Below, in pieces: positions 51,839 through 59,747 of a stretch of 59,747 nucleotides of DNA. Under the pieces are notes generated by a model. That model was not told the DNA's origin, did no database searches, and saw only the letters and a program-made list of their open reading frames with translations. Made by a program: the position numbers and the translations under genes. Positions within the stretch are counted from its first letter, which is position 1, and every line of letters starts with the position of its first letter. The stretch comes from Paraspadella gotoi (Eukaryota > Animalia > Chaetognatha): positions 1 through 59,747 of the forward strand of contig JBJCIZ010000044.1 of the NCBI GenBank assembly GCA_051294375.1, read 5' to 3'.

Positions 51839-54800
51839 GCCCAAGCCGNNNNNNNNNNAGCATGTCGGTCGGCGATTCCTCCCTGCTCTTGGTCCGGGAT
51901 CANNNNNNNNNNCTCGAGTTCCTCGTCGACACGGGTGCTGAAGTTAGCCTTCTACCGGCCTCCGCCTGGGACAAAGCCAACCGGGCGGCGTCGACGCCTT
52001 TACGTGCGGCAAATGGTTCATCCATCCCTGCCTATGGGACGAGAACCATGACTCTCCGCCTCTCGACGACGAATTTGGTCGGCCGTTTTGTCGTTGCGGA
52101 AGTGACGCGGCCGATTTTGGGCGCCGATTTTCTACGACGCCATGGTCTCCTGGTCGATGTGGGACACAAAAGACTAGTCGATGCTACGACGTTCGAGACG
52201 GTCCGCTGCAGCGTCAACAATGTCGCTTACGAGCGAATCGGTCGCCCGGAGGTGAACAACGTTTTCATCAAGCTCCTCGATGAATGCCCGGAGCTTACGA
52301 CGCCTACCTTCTCATCCACCGCGCCTGGACACGGCGTGGTCCACCATATCCCGACTCAAGGTCACCCTGTTTTTGCAAGGGCGCGGCGTCTGTCTCCGGA
52401 GAAGCTGACGGCGGCGAAGGCTGAGTTCGCCGAATTGGAGCGGCTCGGCATCGTCCGCCCGTCATCGAGTCCATGGGCGTCGCCTCTTCACGTCGTGCCC
52501 AAAGGTGATGGCGGTTTCCGCGCCTGCGGCGATTACCGCCGCCTAAACGCCGTGACGGCGGACGACCGTTATCCAGTGAAACATCTTCACGACTTCTCCG
52601 CCGACTTGGCGGGCATGACGGTCTTTAGCAAGATTGACCTTCTCAAAGGGTATCATCAGATACCGGTGGCGCCGGAAGACATCCCAAAGACCGCGATCAT
52701 CACTCCTTTTGGGTCCTATGAGTACTTGCGGATGCCTTTCGGCCTGAAGAATGGTGCTCAAGCGTTTCAGCGCCTGATGGACTCAGTCTGCCGGGGCCTC
52801 CCCGGCGTTTTCGTCTACTTGGACGACATCCTGGTTGCTTCGAAAGACGCTTGTCAACACGAAGAACATCTTCGCCGCCTCTTCGAGCGTCTTGTGCAGC
52901 ATGGTCTCGTCGTCAAGAAGGAGAAGTGCCTCTTTGGCGTTTCCTCATTGGATTTTTTGGGCCATAAGATCGACGCAGAAGGGGTGGAGCCGCTGCCTGC
53001 GAAGGTGGCGGCTATCCGCGCTTTTCCGCGCCCCGCGTCCAATCAAGGCCTCCAAGGTTCCTCGGAATGCTCAATTTTTTTTCATCGTTTTATTCCTTCT
53101 GCGGCCGACAAGATGGCGCCTCTTTACGCGGCGCTCCGAGGCCGCCCCCAACCGAAGACTGTGGATTGGACACCAGAGAGGATCGGCGCTTTTGAGCCGC
53201 CAAGGAAGCCCTCGCCGCAGCCACAATGCTCATACACCCGGTGACGGGCGCGCCGACCGCTCTCACAGTCGATGCTTCTGACATCGCCATCGGCGGCGTT
53301 CTGGAACAAAGCGTGGCGGTCATTGGCGTCTCTCTGCCTTTTTCTCCAAACCGTTGCATGAACGGCAACAACGCTATCCTCCTTACGACCGGGAGCTCTT
53401 GGCGGCGCACTTGGCCGTCCGCCATTTCCGGTATTTTCTCGAAGGTCGCCCGTTCAGCGTCTATTCACGGATCACGTGAGTTTGGTTCCATCCATCGCGA
53501 AGAAAACCGACAGCAAGTCTGCCCGACAGGCGAATCAACTCGCCGCCATCTCTGAATATACGACGGACTTCCGCCACATCTCGGGCAAGTCAAACGTCGT
53601 CGCCGACGCGCTTTCCCGCGTCGTCATTCCAGAGGATGTCGCGGTGGTGGTCGGCTCTGGCCGACTCGATTTCGCCGCCATCGCCAACGACCAGAAGACA
53701 GATCCGGATGTACAGCGCCTCCTTCGCGCTGAGAGGACAGCGTTAGTCCTGAAAGAAGCTTCTCTCGACGGCATCGCAGTCATCTGCGATGTCGCGACCG
53801 GCGTCGCCCGTCGGTGGTACCTCGCCAATGGCGCCGGGACGTTTTTGACGCCATCCACAACTTATCTCATCCGGGAATCAAACGTCGAAATCATCGTCTC
53901 TAAAAGATTTGTCTGGCCCGGCGTCACAAAAGACGTCACCGTTGGGCACGTGCTCTGCGCCAACAATGTAGAGTCCGTCAGTGACGCCATCCCGCCTCCA
54001 CGCGCTGCCGACGTCCGGACTGTTCACGACGACCTCGCCCGCGCCAGACATCAGAAGATTCCAACGATGTTCACGATGATCTCCGTCGAGCGTCACGTGC
54101 CTGCGCCCAATGTCAAAGGTCAAGAGTCCGCGTCCACGCCTCGGCGCCGCTCGAGAGTTTCGCCCCGCCGGCAAGAAGATTCCAACATGTTCACGTGGAT
54201 CTTGTCGGGCCGCTGCCCGTATCTCGCGGCGCCTCTTATCTCCTCACCGTGGTGGACCGTTTCACCCGCTGGCCAGAGGCGTTGCCCTTGTCTGATATCA
54301 GGGCGACGACGGTAGTGCAAGCCTTCTCCATCGGGTGGGTCGCGCGTTTCGGCGTCCCACTTCACATAACGTCGGATCGCGGAGCTCAGTTCGTTTTCTG
54401 AGCTGTGGCGCCAACTGGCAGCGTCTCTCGGCGCCAACGTGCATCATACGACATCTTATCACCCTCAGGCCAACGGAATGGTGGAGAGGTTCCACCGGGA
54501 TCAAAGCGTCGCTGCGCGCCAAGCTGTCTGGCGCGATTGGGTTGACAAGCTCCCTTGGGTCTTCTGGGCCTCCGCTCGTCCACAAGGCCGACCTTAAAGC
54601 ATCCTCGGCAGAGTTGGTCTACGGAGAAGATCTGGCGCTCGGCCGGAATTCATCCGGACGGCACACTGCCGCCCGATCCTGATGCGCTGCTGCAAGCCCT
54701 GCGGCGCGAAATGGACGCCCTTCGACCGGTCGACGGCACACGCCACGCAGATCATCCCAAAGACTTCCGGACGGCCTTCAAATTGCCGTTTTGTGTTGGT

Positions 54801-55199
54801 CCGCCGCGACGCTCACCGTGGCCCTCTAGCCCAGGTCTACGACGGCCCGTTCGAGGTCGTCTCCCGCGGTGCCAAATTTTTCCGCCTCGACTTTGCCGAC
54901 GCCTCGATGAAGTCTCGGTCGACCGCCTCAAGCCGTTTGTCGAAGACGCGAGCGGCGCTCCGACCATCCCCGCGGCGCCTCCCAGGCGTGGCCGGCCACC
55001 CACTCGCTCTCTCCCAGCCGCAGACGGCGACGCCACTCAGCCGCAGTTGACGAAGAAGCCACGCAGCCCGCTGTCGCCGAGCCGAGATCCCGCGTCGTCT
55101 TCAACAAGCACGAGGCGACGAGGGTCCGTCGCCCCCCTTTACGCTATTTCCGATCAATCCTCCATCTCCTACCGAGACGTCGTCTTGGGGGGGCAGTGA
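51832..55199 (+). pseudogene. pol: Gypsy pol (PR-RT-RH-IN); PR/RT intact to ~53040, frameshifted thereafter
   Basis: [10 protein letters not shown] (protease), [46 protein letters not shown] (RT), LTVDASD (RNase H), DLVGPLP, ITSDRG (integrase). Confidence 0.9.
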
Positions 55200-55686
55200 A
55201 GACGCTGTCGGATCAGCGACACGGACAAATATCTCGCCTCAACGCGCATTGGCAGAGCCGGCGAAAACCGACGAATCAGAGAGCTTAACGAAAAGCACAA
55301 ACTAAAAGATTTACAGCCTCTGAAGATTAGAAACGTTTTTTAGTGTTTATTTGTAGAATATTCAATGTACAATGACGATCATTACAGTTTTGTAAACTAC
55401 TCGATTGTACCTTTCGTTCGACATGTATTTTAACATTGTTTATTGTATCGAACTAATTGTTAAAACGTATTTTTGTATCCATAAACAAACAAACGGATCA
55501 AGTGCACTGGTAAATTTACGCGTGCTTTCGATCAGGTCCGATCGCAAAATATTTAAGCGTTGTAATTGTTATTATCGTCGCTCGTAATTATCAAATGATA
55601 ATAAACTTTACTTATGCCAAAAGTGCCCCTTTAATATAATTATATATATAATAATTATATGGTTTCTTACTTTATTATTGCCAACG

Positions 55687-55840
55687 ATACCGGGACAATG
55701 TTAACCAGGCATCGTAATAATTTGACGCGGGACAATGTTAACCAACATCACTTTTAAATACAGAATGTAATTATCGTGTAACCAGCTTAACTATGATACC
55801 GGGACAATGTTTACCAGGTATCATCTTACAGGACAATGTC
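55687..55840. repeat. Short direct repeats cgggacaatgttaacca (4 imperfect copies)
   Basis: Copies near 55692, 55728, 55800, 55830. Confidence 0.7.
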
Positions 55841-56544
55841 TATCTATATGATAATTATCGTACGAATATAATTAAGTAAGGTTAATCTAAGGAAATATAT
55901 AGGTTAATAAGTTGATTACTTTATGATATTAAGTTAAGTACCTTTTGCTTATATTAATATAAGTTTTTATCAATTCCTTAAATGTAACTCCGTTAAAAAA
56001 AACATTTTATCACCAAAGATATTACCCTCGTCCTACACTATATAATATTATAATTATAATAAATATTGAGCGCAATGTCTTAACTAGCTTACCACCAAAT
56101 AATAAGCAAAAGCGTTGAAAACATTAAAGGCGTCAAATCGAAAATATTTCATAAAAAACGAAGAGACGAGAGACGAGCAAATAACGAATGGCAAAATTTA
56201 TCCAAAAAAATGGTCACGCAAAGATTGGTTAAAATAACTCATCTTTTCTGGGGAAAAACGGTCAGATATTCGCGCTGCGGTGCTTTTGCAGTTCTTACTG
56301 CCACCAACGGCGGCTCTGCTATCTTTTGGGCTGTACAGATTTTGCTGCCAATGGGGCAATCTTCACTGGAAAGGCCGAAATATGATCACGTTGTGAAAGG
56401 AAAGGTTTTTGAGATAATTGATGGATATTTATATATATATATTTTCAACAGTTTTATTCCTTTTACAAATTAAAAAAAAAAACATATCGGTTGTACCAAT
56501 TTCATAACTGTTATGAAATTTGTACAACCAATATAAAAAGTATC

Positions 56545-56895
56545 CATTCATTTAATAAATAAGCTATCTTGCCCCTGACTTTGGACTGGCTTTGGTGGTT
56601 TAAGGCCTCTATCACTCTTACAAGATAATGATATAGCAGGTCCCTGCAAGCTTTCAATCAAGACTCTCTCACAGTCTTATTTATTCACTCCTAGAGTACC
56701 TGGCTTCCCCATCAATGAAGTGGTATAATATTTCAAAGAATGTTTCAATTGTATGAAAAGACCACTCCCTTAAGTATTAAATCGGGGAATACTATATTGT
56801 ACTCCGCCTAGCATCAAAATACAAGGAGCTGAATTTTATGTTATTGTTTATTTTATGTCAAGAGACAACAAGATAGCTTATTTATTGAATGAATG
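56545..56895. mobile_element. MITE-like element with 27-bp terminal inverted repeats
   Basis: cattcatttaataaataagctatcttg (56545-56571) versus reverse complement of caagatagcttatttattgaatgaatg (56869-56895), one mismatch. Confidence 0.6.
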
Positions 56896-59747
56896 AATGT
56901 ACCAATTTTTAGTCGTATCTGCTTAATCTATAATCCACTTTGTCGGTCATCGGTCCGCCCCCTCAATCTTGTCGGGCACTCACTTAAATCATATCAAAAC
57001 ATCGAATTATGTCCGTTCGTCCATCCCAGCTTAGCAAAAAACACCAATTACTCGTGATTTGATGGATTTTCCACTCCGACCATTCCATCAAAACTTCATA
57101 TCCAGCTCAATAGAGTTCCCCAGCCTCAAAAAACCCCATACAAAGTTACAAGTTCTCACTCGCCGGTTTTCCAATTATCTTCTGTTAAATTAACAAATTC
57201 ATTTTAAAAAGCCTGCTTTAGCAAAAAATGTTGTTGCTATAAACCGCATGATCGAGCGTCAAAAGTAAACAGAGTATTGATGCGCAAAAAAAAATACAGC
57301 GCAAATGATAATATGATTTTTTAAAAGAAAGCAGGTTTAATATGCTTATATTAGCATACAGGATTGTTACCATATCTAGTTAAAAAATACCAGATAGCGT
57401 TCTTCTCGCCTATTTTTGTGGTGTTGTAGTAACTAATTTAATAAAAAAATATCTTGTTATTATGGGGCGTGGCCATTCAACGCGAGAGTAAAGTTTTTTC
57501 AGCCTATATGTGTTTTTTTATAGTTCAATTTGTTAATGCAAATTAATCTATTAAATGTGAACAAATAAAGTTAGATTTTTATCTATATTTAAGTTTTTTA
57601 TTATCTTTATGTTTTTCAAAGCAATGGCCAATGAAGTTTTGGGCAAGCTTACGTCATATCCTCAGAAGAATTCAAAATTATACGGCTAAATTTTTACGTC
57701 CTCACTGATTAAGAAAAAAAATTTACTTTGTATACGGAAATTACTAGAAAATGCCACAACATTTTTTTTCCTAACCTTTTTCTAGATAAAGAGGCTAAAT
57801 TAAAAGCTGAAGATACATATTAATTCCTCAAGATTTTTAAACAAAATTTAGTTTTTACTTGATAAAAAGAACGAAACTTAACATCTCCATCATTCTAAAA
57901 GTTTTTTCTTTTAAAAGATAATCAATTAAAAAATAATTGAAAATTAAATAAGATAATAAATTTAATTCTACCTAATGAGGTAATCAATATAATAATTAAA
58001 AAAATTTGGAAAATAATTAAAATCATGGTAATTTAAGTTTAAATTGAAAATATTAATACTTGTACATGCTGTGTTCTTTTTAATTAAGCTAGCTAGGAGA
58101 GATGTAGGTTTCTTAACAAAGAGGCAGACGAATGGACGGGTTGGGGTAAGTAGAGAAGAGACAGAGTTAAGGGCAAGCAAAAATCAAGGTCACACCGCTC
58201 ACTGAAGGCAACTTAGTTCGTCTCTTCCACGAATTCCGGGCAATCCCCTGCATAAAGAATACTTGTGGATACGTAGGAAGGGGAGTCTGTCACCTTTGCA
58301 TAAAGAAGCAATTTAATCGCGATGACTGCACGCCTTACTGTCAGTGATGATAGAGGGCTTCTCGACAGGTGCGGCAGCGGGCATCAATGGACAATTTGAG
58401 TAGTATTTAAGCCTATTATCTTCCCAAATGATATCTCCCTGATCTCAAACTGGCATCAATCACTCGATATCACTCGCTCTGGCGCAGTTGCTACTCAACT
58501 TAGAATGGATTAGGACCTGTTCAATGTTTTAACATCCAAGATCTATTTGCATTTTCTAATTGTGCGCACCGGTTTGGGTCTTAAGATTTTCCCATGTCCA
58601 GGCGCTGAGAGTGCAACCAAATCAAATGCTTTTACCCTTGTTGGCTATTTTAAACAGTAATAAAACATTGTTGTTTGAAACTCCTTGTCGTCATTTTTAA
58701 AAATCAATCAGAAGTGAGGCAACTCAACTATTCAACAAATTGTGATAATTCATTTTCCAGACCCACACCATCTCGTCATCCTCATCAATTTTGGCTTTCA
58801 AATACTTTGTACTGCTCTTATTTCTGGTATTCTTTGTTGACAACCAGTTATGCTCTCTTCTCTCCTCTCTCTCTCTCTTGCAAAACCACAGATTAACATG
58901 TCTATGAGGATTTTACCAGTAACGCCGGAACGACTAGTATTGTTCTGCTTTTGCTATTTCTTATATTATATTTTGAAGAATATCAATTTAGTAATATATA
59001 TTGTAGTAGATAATAGAAATGGCGTGAGCGTTGAATCATGTACAGAGGTTCTATTTCTCAACATAAGAAGAGAACTGTATTAAAAAAATAGTCAACTTTG
59101 AAAAACTTAAGTCATAAGATTGAAAATATAATTTTAAATTTTTACACTAAACTGTATGAATCATTGGTATTTATTTGTCCTCACAGCTTTAGGTAAGTAC
59201 GTTTTCCCTTTCTTTTTAAATTTAAACCTTTTTTTTGGGTAAGAAACCAAGGTGAAAAAAAGGACTGAACCAATAAACGCGATCTATTTAAAATACTTAA
59301 ATCAGATACTTCCTAAGCGGCAAAAATACGAATTTAAATATAAACAACCCAAGAGTCTATCTTTTTTTTTTTTTTAACCATGTCCATTTTTTTAACCAAA
59401 AAATTGTTTGTTTGTAAAGCAATAAAAACGTTTTGTTTTCTCTAAGACATAATTCATTATTGTTATAATCTTACACTTAAATATATATTATATATTATTA
59501 TATATTATATCGTTATATATTTGTCATATATATATATACTGTCTGTACTTCCGCTACGTGCTCTGTATGTAGGCATAACAGCTCTTCAAATGTTAAGTTT
59601 AGTCTGTTTAATTGCCTTGGTCTAAAACTATACCTTTTTCTAAGAAAGGTTATTTTAATACTACTTCCGGTTATTTTTCCTTTACCTCCGGTTATTTTTT
59701 ACCTACTTCCGGTTACTACAGATGCCCTGTTTTTAAAAAATATACTT

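Larger units (their letters stand above)
50556..55633 (+). mobile_element. Ty3/Gypsy LTR retrotransposon, CsRN1-like clade, copy 2 (chimeric)
   Basis: LTRs 50556-~50996 and 55197-~55633; PBS at 50998; PPT 55187-55196; gag from 51118 with CHCC box CWYHRKFGEGARRCKPPC; pol with protease, RT, RNase H, integrase. Confidence 0.95.

Noticed and set aside
53930-54100. Apparent insertion within integrase
   Set aside because: Scrambled duplicate of adjacent integrase sequence; likely consensus error.
58100-58650. Possible old LINE C-terminal fragment (IDARCRTCRE on minus strand)
   Set aside because: Many stops and only one short motif; not supportable without a search.

Overview
AT-rich eukaryotic (probably invertebrate animal) genomic DNA from a draft assembly with N-gaps and indel-rich segments. 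The first ~11.4 kb is a compact cluster of five genes, four of them assembled across spliceosomal introns: a three-exon 253-aa orphan (-), an intronless signal-peptide/transmembrane protein (+) whose 3' end is a canonical replication-dependent histone stem-loop plus downstream purine-rich element, a three-exon 102-aa coiled-coil orphan (-), a ~789-aa acidic BED/C2H2 zinc-finger protein (+), and a three-exon ~514-aa parvovirus NS1/Rep-like SF3 helicase (+) whose Walker A motif is only formed by splicing. The first four genes form two divergent pairs with CCAAT-rich intergenic promoters, and tandem repeats lie on both sides. This looks like an integrated, intron-bearing parvo-like virus or Rep-SF3 mobile element and is the main candidate for a novel system. 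The remainder is transposon-derived: a decayed BEL/Pao element (-), a Helentron-associated (HINE/DINE-1-like) element, two CsRN1-clade Ty3/Gypsy elements sharing an insertion site (the second chimeric), a repeated composite unit with a BEL-type Gag zinc-knuckle ORF, nested inverted repeats and MITEs. All family assignments come from motifs read by eye; no searches were run.
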